64,000 nt of DNA from Ginglymostoma cirratum (lineage: Eukaryota): positions 2,180,928 to 2,244,927 of the forward strand of contig JAHRHZ010000068.1 of assembly GCA_024137785.1 (NCBI GenBank), in the 5' to 3' direction. The notes beneath the pieces were generated by a model. The model searched no databases and was not told where the DNA came from. It saw only the letters and a program-made list of their open reading frames with translations. The position numbers and the translations under genes were made by a program. Below are positions 1-11,885 of this stretch, one piece after another. The first letter of the stretch is position 1; each line of letters opens with the position of its first letter.

Positions 1-78
1 TTTTTGTAAACCTGCTCTGAACTCCCTCCCACGTTAACACATCTTTCCTTAGATATTGCAATGATTATTACAATGTTA

Positions 79-623
79 CAAGATGGCAGCAGAGTAGGTT
101 GCTCCAGCTGGGGCTCGTCTGCTCCTCCAGTTCTTTTTCTTTTCTTCTTTTTCTTCTCTTTTCCTTCCTGTCATTGCTTTTCTTTTCATCTTCTTCTCTT
201 TTTGCTTTTTCCCTCTTTGACTTCTGGCCTCCAGCGATGAGTCCCAGCCTCTGGTGACGGTTCTCGGCCTCCTGTGGCACAGCGGCATCCCATAGTGGTC
301 TCCTTGCGTGACAATCTCCTGGCCTGGTGCAGTAGCCTCTTCCCATAGGGGCCTCCTGGTGTGGTGACCTTCCAGCCTCTTGCGGTGGTCTCCCGGCATG
401 GTGTGTCACCGGTGTGGTATGGAGCTAGTGCCTGTGTGGACTGGAAGCTAGGTGCCAGCATGGTCTGCTGTACTGAACCTTTATTTCTGTTTTGTCTAAA
501 ACCTTGTATCTAAAGAAGCTGTACCTAGGTGATTTGGTATCTAAGTTGGCGCTGTAATTGGCAACGTATAAACTTTTCACTATGCTCATTGAGTATATGT
601 GACAATAAAGGCTAATCTATTCT
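79..623 (+). mobile_element. Non-autonomous retroelement with a Rex1-like 3' tail (copy 1)
   Basis: Starts CAAGATGGCAGC, then a T-rich tract and a GC-rich middle. Ends AACTTTTCACT...GTGACAATAAA plus a short repeat tail. Both ends resemble 9922-10668, and the tail resembles the Rex1 end at ~37145-37200. Confidence 0.55.
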
Positions 624-1255
624 AGATGTGGGGCCCAAATCTTCTCACAGAATTCCAAATGCGGTCTGACCAGGAGCGTCAGCAGGACATCTGTGCTCTT
701 GTATTCTCCCCACCTTGAAATGAATGCCAACATTATATTTGTCTTCCTAACTGACCTTCCTAACTTCAACTGAACCTGCATGTTAACCTTAAGAGAATCC
801 TGAACTAGGACTCCTAAGTCCCTTTGCGCTTCGGATTTCCCCACTTAGAAAATACCTCTATTATTCCTACCAAAGTGTATAACCTCACAATTTCCCACAT
901 TGTATTCCATCTGCTACTTCTTTTCCCAATCTCCCACCCTGTCCAAGTCCTTCTACAGCCTCCCAACTTCCTCAACACTACATGTCCCTTCACCACCTAT
1001 CTTTGTCTCATGTACAAACTGAGCAACAACACCCTCAGTTCCATCCTCCGGATTTTTAATGTGTAACGTGAATAGCACTGACCCCAGTGAACCACCACTA
1101 ACTGCCATCCTACATCCTGAAAAAGATCCCTTTATCCCCACTCTCTGCTGTGTGCCAGTCAGCCAAATCTTCTATCTACGCCAGTACCTTTCCCCAAACA
1201 CGATGCGCTCTTATATTATTTAACAACCTCCGAAGTGGCACCTTGCCAAAAGCCT
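624..1255 (-). mobile_element. CR1-clade LINE ORF2 (RT) fragment, frameshifted
   Basis: Minus-strand ORFs give GSVLFTLHI..VAQFVHETKIGG (degenerate FADDTK) and RDLGVLV..LVRPHLEFC..WAPHL, typical of the CR1 RT C-terminal region. Confidence 0.85.
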
Positions 1256-2074
1256 CAATACAGATTCTGAATAGTTGTGGTCTCACCAATAATCATTAAA
1301 TTGCATGACAATGACATTTTGATTGGTTCCTAATAAAATGACCATGGCTTGTGTGGGAACAGTGCAGGATAGAACCATCCAGCCTGCAATGTGAAACAAC
1401 ACAAATCTCTCTCTTCCTTACGTATTATGTGGAGTGACTAGAAAGTTTTCAGTTATAGCTAAAAGTTTTTCACCCAACTTATTCTGCGAGTTCCCTGTTG
1501 AAGAAGGAATGAAACATCTTTCAAGTCAGCGAAAGGACAATTTCTGAACCAGCAAAAGAAAGACACCTTCATTGTGCAAACAACCTTACTTTGAGAGCAA
1601 AGAACTAAAAAGGAATTCAAATCAATGGAAAGAAAAAAAGCAACTTATCAAATCATGTGGTCAATACTGGTTATCGCTATCAAACTATGTTTCACTGATT
1701 TTATTATCTTTTTCCAGTTTTAACATCCATGTCTTGTCTCCCTTTGCACTTCCAATTGTTTGTGAAGGAATGAGTTTAAGAAGGGGTAGAATTTAAGTTG
1801 TAGAATTGTAAGCTAGCAATGCATTTTTATTAATTGCCATTGCTTAAAGTTGAAAGCTATTTTATGTGCAGAAATCCAGTGTGTTTTCTTTTAACCTGAG
1901 CTCATCATTCATGTAAGTTAGGGCCTTTGGATAATTTGACCAAGTCTTTTCATGTTTGTGAGAAGCCTGGGATAGGTGGGGCTTCATTTCCTGTGCAATA
2001 CCCCTGTGGGTCAGGATGAAGTCCAAAACGATCATTCATTACACAAACTGGAGAAACATCGAAACCTCAAAGAC

Positions 2075-2725
2075 TTGGATGCACAGAGAATCAGGAGGAC
2101 TGTGGTGTGAGTATCCATTGATCCTTGAAGACAGTAGAGCAGATACATAAGCTGATTAAAAAGGCTTATAGACTAGTGCCCGTATTAGTCGAGGCATTGA
2201 ATACAAGAACAAGGAGTTTATGATGGAGCGGTTTATACTGTCAGGTCACAGTTCTGGTTACCGCACTACAGGAAGAATGTAATTGTACCAGAGAGGGTGC
2301 GCAGGAGATTCACCGGAATGATGTCCTGGCTGGAGAGATTCAGCTAAGAAGGGAGATATTAGATAAACTGGGGTTGTTTTCCTTCCAGCAAAGAAAGCTG
2401 ATGGGAAAAGCTGACTGACAAGGAAATGTTCTGAGGGGTACAGATAGGGAGGAGCATTTCCCTTTAGTAGAGGGGTCAATATTCAGATTACATAGTTTTA
2501 TCATGAGGAATATCTGTTTTTGTGGGTATCTGCAACTCACTGCTTGAGAGGGTGGGAGAGACAGGAATCCTCAAGATATTTAAGAATTATTTAGATGAAC
2601 ACTTGGAATGCCATTGTATACAAGGCTATGGGCCAAATGCTGGAAAATAGGGTTAGGATAGATGGACGTTTGATGATCAGTATGGACATGATGTGTCAAA
2701 AGTCCTCTTTCCTGCAGTTAAAAAC
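2075..2725 (+). mobile_element. CR1 LINE 3' fragment
   Basis: Decayed ORF2 C-terminus (cagttctggttaccgcactacaggaag..gagagggtgcgcaggagattcaccggaatg, i.e. QFW.PHYRK..ERV.RRFT.M) followed by a CR1-type 3' UTR. Confidence 0.75.
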
Positions 2726-4606
2726 TTACCTATCTGCAATATTTACCATTGCTCTTGATCCAGGACACCTCCAACCAACCGTGGTCTCAGATTAACAAAT
2801 TCCATCTCCTGGACTTTAAACTGCATATTCTTTTATCTTCCCTACTGTATTGTATTGTGCTTTCCATTTCTAATTTACTATTGACATTTGTGTGTGCGTC
2901 TAATTGATATCACATCTTTCTTATTTTTCTCACAGTAAGTAAGTAGCATAATTCCTTTCTCTTTCACTCAAGAAAATAGTGAAAATGGCTGTTTAATTGT
3001 TCCGATGAACTAGTTAACTTTCCTTTATCTGAGCAGAAGCATAGCTGCAGGCTAAAAAGATCATAAAAAAGTTGTTACTGCCAACTGAGAAGGTTGAAAA
3101 GAAACAAACTGGTTCACCCACCCGTTCATAATGATAGCAATGATTCCTATCAGGTAGTCTGATATGAGAGGAAGGAATCCCTGGTGATGACAGATGCGAG
3201 AACCATGGTCACTTATTCCCCTCAGGTTCGTAACACTTTCCATATGAAGCCAATGGGATTCATTGGTTGGAGTCACACTGAAGATAAAGGAAGATCGCTG
3301 TCGACATTGAGGCCATTCATCTTAACTCAGTACATCACATTAGGATTGTGCCCGAGGTCCAATCATTTGCAATTGCTTCGTCAATACCTTTCTTTCCATC
3401 ATTAGGTCAGAAATGAGATGTTCACTCATAATATCACATTTTTCACTATAATTTGTCATTCTCAGATTCTGAAGTAGATTGTATCCACAGGCAGAAAGAC
3501 CTGGACAAATTTTCAGATTGAGCAGATAAGCAGCAAGTAACATTATGAATGACCACCTTTAACAAGGAAAAAAATATAAGCATCCCCTTAACATTCAATG
3601 CATTGCAATTCATGAACTCTAATGATTCACTATCAACTTCCTCGGGATTACCAATGAGATATTGAAGTTTTTTTTTAAAAAAGAGAATCGGCCCATTGCA
3701 AATTCCTAACTTTGACGTAAAAACAGGATGCATAGAACCTCTGAAACTCAGCCAGGACAAGCCTGTTGAATCTCAACTGCAACCAAATCATATCACTCTT
3801 TCAAATTGATTAACTTTGTAGAACAACAACTGCAATAATGTCATATACACTTGTCAAATAAAGTGGAATTAAACCTTATTACTCCCATCATGCGCTATGC
3901 CCGACATCAACCATGAATGTCAATGTATCTTATTCAGTGTGTAATAGAACATTCAAATCATGTCTGAAATAATGTCAACTTAATCTTTCTTTCATAACAC
4001 TGCTTCTATCTGAGTGATGGAGGTCCCAAAGTACAGCAGCGGTGGTAAAAGGTGGTCAAATTAGAGTAAGACAATATCACAAAACGTTTAATAACCTTGC
4101 TAATACTCAGAAATTACCTGCACTTGCCAAGAATGTATTGTATTTGTATTAGCCACTTACATAATATAAAAAAGCCATTAATTGGCTTACTCTGAACGTC
4201 TTGAAGGCTGCTGCTGCCCTTCACATACCTAGCCTTCATCTGTGAACCTTACATCACTCACCTATAATCATGCATTCATTCTGTTGAAAAATCAATTGAA
4301 CAAATAGTTTGTAGAACACCTCTAGCTGCACTCCTCTTATGACAGCAGATCATAGCATCAGCTGTGATTTATATGTATATAATACTATTCATTGTGAGTT
4401 TGGGTTTCTTTGAGTTGGTAACCATGGATTTTCTGTGCATCTCAAGTTAATAATTAACTTGTAAGCATTTCTGTAGCCATGGTGATTTCTTTTGAAAGCA
4501 TTGTTTGAGGTCTTGCTTCAGAGTGAATGGATTTTCTCCATTACCAATAGTCTTTTATTTATTTAGATTATTTTGTGATTCAGAATGGTAAATAACGGGG
4601 TCTCAA

Positions 4607-4869
4607 TGTTAGTTACAGAGTTCTGGAACTTTTTTTTAAGCTTAAGGGAAATACGCATAGTTGAGAGAGGAAGATGTTTAGTTTCATTTTTGATATTGTG
4701 TGGGGCTATCCTGTAAAGTATTTGGAATAGGATGGCTGTGTAGAAAAGTGCTCCTGAGAAGGAAGGGATATAGAATGAACTAGAGTGAAGAGTTAGCGTT
4801 ACTCCCAGATTAGAAGGTCCAGGTTGGAACCTGGCTTAATCCAGCAATAACATCAACTGGGATCATACA
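4607..4869 (+). mobile_element. Probable degraded solo-LTR remnant
   Basis: Its end (ccagcaataacatcaactgggatcataca) resembles the end of the 34894-35792 insertion (tcagtaataacttcagatgggaccataa). The start position is a guess. Confidence 0.3.
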
Positions 4870-5234
4870 TTAGAACATTATTCTCTGTGTATTCTTTTTA
4901 AAAGAGAAGCCAGCAAACGCTAGCAAAAAGACATGATGCACTCCTGACCCTCACTCTGCCCACAAAATCTTTCTCAGTCTCAGGGGAGAAAGTGTTTTAA
5001 ATTGAGAGTGAGACCATCTTGTGAATTAAGGAAGTGAAGGTAGGAGGTAAATGCCAACTATAGGTTGTAGTGGCATTCTGTTCCCTCTTTCTCATCTTAA
5101 TATATCATTATCATCTTTCAGCAAACCTACGTCAGGAAGCTCTTCTGTCATTCTTTTCAATAAAAGAAACATATTAATCTTTGTTTTTCTTCTATTTATA
5201 TCCCTTCAGAGGAAGATGAAAAATAATGAAAACT

Positions 5235-5365
5235 GAAAGAACTATGGATGCTGGAAATCAGATACAAAAACCGGAATTGCTGGAAAAGCTCAGCAGTTCT
5301 GGTCGCATCTGCCGAGAGAAATCAGAGTTAACGTTTTGAGTCCAGTGACCCTTCCTCTGAACTGA
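5235..5365 (-). repeat. Penelope-derived short repeat, damaged hammerhead-like core
   Basis: gatgctggaaatcaga..gctggaaaagctcagcag..gttaacgttttgagtccagtgacccttcctc is clearly homologous to 27595-27730 and 59391-59526. Confidence 0.7.
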
Positions 5366-6054
5366 AGAAAAATAATGCCTTTTTGCTTGCAATCATAATT
5401 GAGAGACAAGTGAATCAGGACGGATAACAGAGTGAGACAGCATTTGGAAAGAAGCATAGATCACAAATGAGCAGAAGCATTGGCAATGAGCACACAAGGA
5501 ATACCCATGGACATTGCCTCTTGGCTGAAGAATGTCTAAATATTACAGGTCTCTTGAAAGTTTCAGTTTTTAGTTCTTTATCAGTATATTTCTTGTTTTC
5601 TGAGCTTCAGTTTGCACTACTTCGTCCTAATTCCTCACTTTCCTATCCAAGCCCTTATCCAGAATTTAAGTCTTGCTGTCTCCCTGAACTCCTTCCCCCA
5701 TTCTAGTCCCAGATTTGTGGCCAAATCCAAGCTCTGCTGCCCACTGTGGCCCAGCTTCAATCTTGGTTCTGATCTTCCACACTTTCCCCATATCATTACA
5801 CTTTGCTTCCCTCAGTCATCTTATTCAAACCTAAGTTAATCCTTGGCCTTGATATTTTACCCAGTCCTTGTGTAGTTTGTGTTACACAAATAACTGTATT
5901 CCAAGTTTATTGGGTGGAGTCTGGTCTCCTAATTGTAATTCCATTATCTGTTCTACTCTTCCCTGCTCCTTGTTCTTTCTTCTGATTGCCATGCATTTTT
6001 TCTTGTTTCATTTCATTGGCTGTTGCCACCTGGAATTATTGTACATTCCTAATT

Positions 6055-6300
6055 ACCCTTGAAAAGGCAGTAGTAAACCTTCTTGTGAAGCCATTGTAGT
6101 GTATACAGCATTGGAATATCACAGCGCTGTTAAGTAGGATCTTCAGAATTTTGACCATCAACAATGAATGAATGGTGTTTGAATTGGAGCGCTATCAACT
6201 GGATGGTGGAGGATGGATTTCCACCGTTTACTGCATTTCCACCCTCTGTGTGCAGGCGGTGGAGTGGATGTTTAAGGTGGTGGCTAGTCAATATTACGTC
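6055..6300 (-). mobile_element. LINE 3' fragment (second CR1-like family)
   Basis: cccttgaaaaggcagtag..acagcgctgttaagtaggatcttcagaattttgacc is the reverse complement of sequence resembling 19140-19220. Confidence 0.5.
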
Positions 6301-6344
6301 TAGGAATTCAACTCTTCTGACCATGTTTGGACCAAGGTTACTTC

Positions 6345-6770
6345 ATTTCCCTACGCCCCTCCCCTTTCTCCACATGCACCTTTGGCTTTGCGATTCTTGC
6401 CTCTTTTTCCCCTGGCCGTTTCTTTCCACACCTCCTTTATCTCGTTACCTTTTCCTCTTTATTCTGTCCTCTTCCTCCCTCTCCATCCCTTCTCTCACCA
6501 TTCCTGTTCTCCTTCCCATCACTCCTTTCCATTCCTCCACTCATCTTCACCCTCCTCCTGTCTCATCACCCCTGGTCTTCCTCATCGTCCTTCCCTTTTC
6601 CACACCCAGCCTTTTGCACCGCCACCCTCCCGTCCTTAATCTTCCTAACACACTCCCCTTCATCCGCCTATCTCACAGTTCTTCATTTGCTCAACTTCTT
6701 CCTCCTCTCCCTCTCTCTCGACTGGCTCCCCATCCTCGCCCTTCCCCCGTTCTCTTCCTCCCTTCCTCCT
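6345..6770. repeat. Polypyrimidine (C/T-rich) low-complexity tract
   Basis: About 420 bp with very few G on the + strand. It explains the overlapping P/S/L/F-rich ORFs. Confidence 0.85.
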
Positions 6771-6935
6771 GCGTTTAACTCGGTCTCCGCATCCTCAGAG
6801 TTCCAGTAACACTCGCCGAGCTGCGGGCGCTCAGAGTAGCTGCAGAGTGCAGCTCCTCACTGACCATCGGCTAGCAGGACTGCGGGAGGGGCTCGGTCAG
6901 GTACGGCAGGGCAGCCGGCGAGGCTGCTTCACGGA
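6770..6935 (+). promoter_or_regulatory. CpG-rich promoter and non-coding first exon (donor CAG|GTACGG at 6900/6901)
   Basis: Densest CpG cluster in an otherwise CpG-depleted window (ctcgccgagctgcgggcgc, gccggcg). Not repeat-like. No ATG in 6770-6900. Plausible splice donor. Confidence 0.6.
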
Positions 6936-7572
6936 GCTGTTGCTTCTGAGACATTAGGTCCTGCCTTCTCTTACTGTGGTTGCCTTTCGTTAATTTTGCA
7001 AGTTGTAATTTCTAATGGAGAAATTATGGTTTAAAATGCCCCTGTAGTTGCTGACTTTTTGGAATAATTCTTTGATATCTCAGCTATGTAACGGGTGAGG
7101 TAAATATCCCAGTGGGAGAACAGTACATTTGCTTTCTTGTTGACAGACAGTAGGTGACAGCTCCTATTAATGTTCTGGATCTCTTGAGGCTCAGGTTATG
7201 TATCTTTTATTTTTATAGATAGATGTAAATAACAGTTTTGACAGTGAATTGAGAAAGATGCAGAATTTCGATGCTGCATATTGTAAATGTTAAAATAGCA
7301 TTTATCACAAGTATGCTTAATGCCAGATTCAACTTTTAAAAACTTAGCAGATAGCATACAGCCCACAAATGGGGGGAAACTGTGCTCTTAATTCAGCTTT
7401 CATGTTTTGACAAAGTTGACGAAGGTTCTGAAGTAGAAACAAAAGTTATGGAGTCCTCAAAATAGTTCTGCTAATGAACATTTTTATTTCTGTTGAATAA
7501 AGAGAAGGAATCTTGGCATTTGTGCCAAATGAAGCTTAAATGCTCCTTCTTTTGCAGGTGTCTGGATCTGCG

Positions 7573-7645
7573 ATGGATAGAGAGGGATCAAACCTCCCAG
7601 AAAACCATGAAACTCCCAAAGACAATTGTTCACTGCTCATTAACA
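7573..7645 (+). CDS. First coding exon of an unidentified host gene (exon 7558-7645; MDREGSNLPENHETPKDNCSLLIN plus a phase-1 base)
   Basis: Strong acceptor tgctccttcttttgcag|G at 7557/7558, strong Kozak context gcgATGG at 7573, open frame to the consensus donor A|GTAAGT at 7645/7646. Lies ~660 bp after the CpG-rich exon. Peptide not recognised. Confidence 0.55.
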
Positions 7646-8789
7646 GTAAGTATTCATATTGGCCCAGGTCACACAAAGGCTGCTGAATTTTGAAAGAAAG
7701 AATAAATGTTTATCCATGCATGCTAAATTTTAAGAGCAAAAAATGTGGGAACAAGTTTGTGTTTTGATCCTATTGAGCAAAGAAGCTGGTAAAACATGAG
7801 TAGATATATTTATATCAGTTTATATTTGAATATTGGTATTGAAACAGCCAAAGTTAGACATGAACAAGAATTACACTCAAGTGAGCAATTCACTGGTTAT
7901 TCCCTTTTAATACTTTGAAAAAATGTTAACATATATAGATTTCAGAAAGGAAGCAAAAAGGAGAAGTTACAGAACCTATACAGTATTTTTTTCAGACAAT
8001 TAAATGCCCTTAAGTTATTTATATGCTGTGAGTTCACTATATGTTATATGTGTTTTGTATTTCCATTACTGTGTATCTTATAAATCTTATTATTCCATAT
8101 CTGATATATATGAAACACACATGGATATATGTAGGTGGTGGGGAGGCATGCGTTCTATAATCATTTGTTGCTAACCTGCTGCCTTCCCACCCAAACCCAA
8201 TCTGTGCCCCATATTAAGGGGTGCCAGGTAAGCCATCAAACAGCTCATCTGCCATTTGGCCTGTTGGTCTTAAGCAGGCAATTGACTGCCACCTAACAGC
8301 CTCATTCTGCTCCCACTGCACTTTTGTGGTCTGCAGGTGAAGATGGGCACAGGGAACAGCCTGATAGCTTTGACTGCATGGAATGTTGGCAGGCAGAAAG
8401 GATGTGTCTCATTTAAAGGTACACTATGTACCTATTTTTGGATGCCCCAAAGATTGTACACTCCTTTTGACATATCATTTGATTTTTTAAAAAATAGGTA
8501 TAATGTAATAGCACAAGGAAATGATGTAACTACATATTATTAAATCAGGAGAAGTTCTGATTTAAGTATTACATTTTAATTTTTTTGTAGCTATTTCATG
8601 CATCACATTTACTGAGCGTGAATGTATGCAAAACGGTGGAAACAGCATGCAATTGGTAGTGCTAAATGATCCCAAAGCCAATGGACAGGATTTAACTCCA
8701 CAATCCTGTCACACACAGTTTTGACTTGCAGTGGGCAATTGAACAACTCATAAGTGGTGGAAGTTCCACAAATAAACCTCATCTAGTAC

Positions 8790-9155
8790 ATCTGTTCAAA
8801 AGATAAGGCTGAAACATTTGCATCCTTCTTCATCGAGAAGTGCAAAGTGGCTGATCTATTTCAGTTCTCCTCCCTCCTGAGCTCCCCAGCATCTCTAATC
8901 TTTAACCATTTGATTCATTCTATAATATCAAGAGATGGCTGAAAGCACTGGATACTGCAAAGAGTTATGGGCCCTGACAACATTCTGGCAATAGTCATAA
9001 GAACTGTGCTTCAGACTAGCTCTATCATAGCCAAGCTGTTCCAAATACAGCTACAAGACTGACATCGACACTACAACATGGAAAATAACCCCAGTATATT
9101 GTTCGCATAAAGCAGGACAAATCCAACCTGGTCAATTACTGACCGGTCAACAAAG
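8790..9155 (+). mobile_element. CR1-like LINE ORF2 fragment (region before the RT core)
   Basis: Decayed frames read KALDTAK..GPDNI..LFQ..YKT..WKI..DKSNLVNY*P, matching the LINE GPD..W..NYRP pattern. Confidence 0.75.
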
Positions 9156-9921
9156 TTATGTATGATCAAGCCAGCCAATCAGAGACATCATTCTTGTACC
9201 ACCCTCACAGTTTCCAAAGTTCGTACGGAAAGCAATATGTTACAAAGTTTAATCTGAAAACACACCTCTGCAAAAAGGGATAAAGAACATCTATGCTCCA
9301 AAAATTGATCAATCGGCTGAAACCGAAAATGAGAAAGCAGTGTGAACGATAGACTTGTATACTGCTAAATTAAAACTGGGAACTCTATTCGGTCAAATAG
9401 AAATCGCATAAAGGTTGTGACTGCAGAAAGATTTGTTCCACAGTTCCATCTTAGCTGTGGCATCACAGTTTTCCGTCATTTTATTTAGATCGATAATGGT
9501 CTTGCTTTCCTTTAGGATGAGCACAGCGAAAGAATTTATCCAATACAATATCCTATTGAAATATCTGCCAATAGTTAGGTGAAGAAAAAGGAAGCTTACG
9601 TGAAGCATAAACATCAGCATAAACCATTTAGGCAATTGATCTATTTCTGCACTATAAATTCGATGAAATTATTTGTACAAAACCATGTAAAGTACATTTA
9701 GTAAAAATAAAGCTGTCCCTTGTTATATAAATTCAGCATGGTGTACCTAGCCTGCCTTTGAGAAATTCTCTGATGGAATATGTTGGCTGATCTTGTGGTG
9801 ATCAAGGGAACATCTTAAGATTTTGATGACATGCAACCTTATTCTTGTAAACTGAGTGGGTGTTGAATTTTGGCCAGCTCTGATCTGGTAATAGGTATTG
9901 AATGGTTTGAGACCCGGTCAT

Positions 9922-10668
9922 CAAGATGGGAGTGAAGTAAAGCTCTTGAGCTGGAGCTCTCCCACTCTGACTGCTTTTCCTTTTTTTTCTCTTTACTTAC
10001 CTCTTGCCGTGAGTTTGGACAGCATTGGCAGCATCGAGGAACACCAGCACGGACTCAAGTGTGGGCTCAGGACAGACTTGAGTGGGCCCAGTGTGAATCT
10101 CATGGCAGCAGCAAGTGAGCTGCTATTTACTTTCCCAGAGCAAATACAGGAACTGGCATCAGAATCGGCAGCTGCTACATCATGGAGTAACCATCAGCGA
10201 GGCAGGCCCAGTGGCGAAAGGTGGTGCCTGAGGATCAGCAACTTCGTCATTGGTTGTGTCTGGTGCTGGCAATGGTGTGATGGAGGTGGAAGGACATCAC
10301 AGCAACATCGAGATGGGCCCAGTGGTGAGAGTCGTAATTCTGATGTTGGTGGGCCAAGCGCAGGTGGTGGTGAGGTGGTAGTGAAGGAGAGAAAGCACAG
10401 TAGCAAAAGATGGTGCCTGAAGAGTAGCAACATCAATGTTGGTTGGGTCCAGTGTACACGGCAAAGAAGTTATGGCAGCACAGGCATCATTGATGATGTG
10501 CTCGCTCAACACTGATGGACTCTCTTTACGCTATTTCTTTCTTTTTTTTTCTTATTCTTAAAATTATTCAAAATGGTGCCAGATTGTGGCAATAATGGGA
10601 AAGCTTTTATTCTATTTTAGTGTTTTTCTCACTTAACATGCAGGTGACAATAAATCATTCATTCATTC
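9922..10668 (+). mobile_element. Non-autonomous retroelement with a Rex1-like 3' tail (copy 2)
   Basis: Starts CAAGATGG..GAGCTGGAGCTC, then a T-rich tract and a GC-rich, internally repetitive middle. Ends GAAAGCTTTT...GTGACAATAAA(TCAT)n. Confidence 0.6.
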
Positions 10669-11429
10669 GTTGTTTTGTCATTTGTGCAAACGCACATGAT
10701 GACTTTATTTCAATGTCAACATGAGAATTAGTCGCTTGCTCCGCACCCTCCATCACCTCAACATGGCCATGAGATTATGTAAGAATAGGACTAAAAACAT
10801 TCAAGAAATCTCTAAATAAGACTGTATAAACATCATTCAAATGAATTAACAAAAACTGTCAGACAGATTTTAACTCAGTCAAAACCCATTCACTTCCATA
10901 AACTTAGAATCAGGTCTTATGTCTTAGAATACCAATGCACCAATGGAAGAAAGTTATTGATCACAGTGGGGGATTATTCACCAGCTGGAAGAACTGAGGT
11001 CAACTTCACTGTGCACAGATTTCAGAAGGCCCCACTGGGATTGGCTTGAATGGGTACTTACCTTCCCCCCATCAGTTTTTCCAGCTCCTGCCAAGGGTAT
11101 GTCCCCCTCAGAAATCCCAGTGTGGAACAGATGTCCCAGCCCTTCCATAATGAGCTGTTGACTGGTCAGAGGCTGGCATCTTTCCAGTGGTAGCAACACG
11201 TCTGGGAGTGCGAGAGACAATTGGTGATGAAGCCCCAGGAATGAGATCTTTGGGGTGCATTTGCTGGGTCCTGAAAGAGGGAAGAAGGGGGATGCGGTTT
11301 GAAGGTCAAAGAGGATCATACTCTGAGGTCTCCAGTTCCTGGCAGTGGTGCCGCACTTAGGCATGGAGGGGAGGGGCACCATTTTCCGGCCCCAGGCACA
11401 GAGCCAAATTTTAATCTGCAACAAGTTCT

Positions 11430-11885
11430 GGTTCCTTACTATCCCTGTGCTCGTAATCCGACATTAATTTTGAAGCAAAACATGAATATTTTAAAATTAT
11501 TATTCTTGCCAAATCATTCCATTGCCTTGCCCATTACTGTCTGCATAATTTCCTCCAGCTCCACAGATCTTTGTGATATGTGTATTCCTCCAATTCTCAC
11601 CAATTGTGCATCTTCTGCTTTATTTCTTTAGTATTGCTCTCCATGCCTTCAGTTAACAAGATTCAAGTTCTGGAATACCCTTGTTAATTTCTCCACATCT
11701 GTTCATCACTTTCCTCCTTTGCAATACTTAAGACCTATCTCTTTGATCAAGCTTTTGGTCACTGACCTTGTGTCTCCTTATGTGGCTTGATGTTCTGCAT
11801 TGTTTTATAATGCCGCTGTGAATGTCTTGGGACATTTGATTATATGTTAAAAGCGCTACATAAAGATGCATTTTGTTAGTTGAAA
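11430..11885 (+). mobile_element. L2 LINE 3' end
   Basis: cttaagacctatctctttgatcaagcttttggtcac (LKTYLF..AF) and the terminal tgtgaatgtcttgggacatt..aaagcgctacataaa motif typical of L2. Confidence 0.7.

Noticed and set aside
68-409. 113-aa ORF with a K/E/R-rich segment
   Set aside because: Antisense reading of the T-rich tract inside a repeat element.
1350-2020. Possible solo LTR
   Set aside because: Composition is suggestive, but I found no clear termini, TSD or second copy.
6164-6809. 204-aa and 160-aa ORFs
   Set aside because: Open only because the polypyrimidine tract lacks stop codons; no domain recognisable.
9898-10515. 205-aa ORF
   Set aside because: Starts at TTG, lies in a GC-rich repetitive element and has no recognisable motif.
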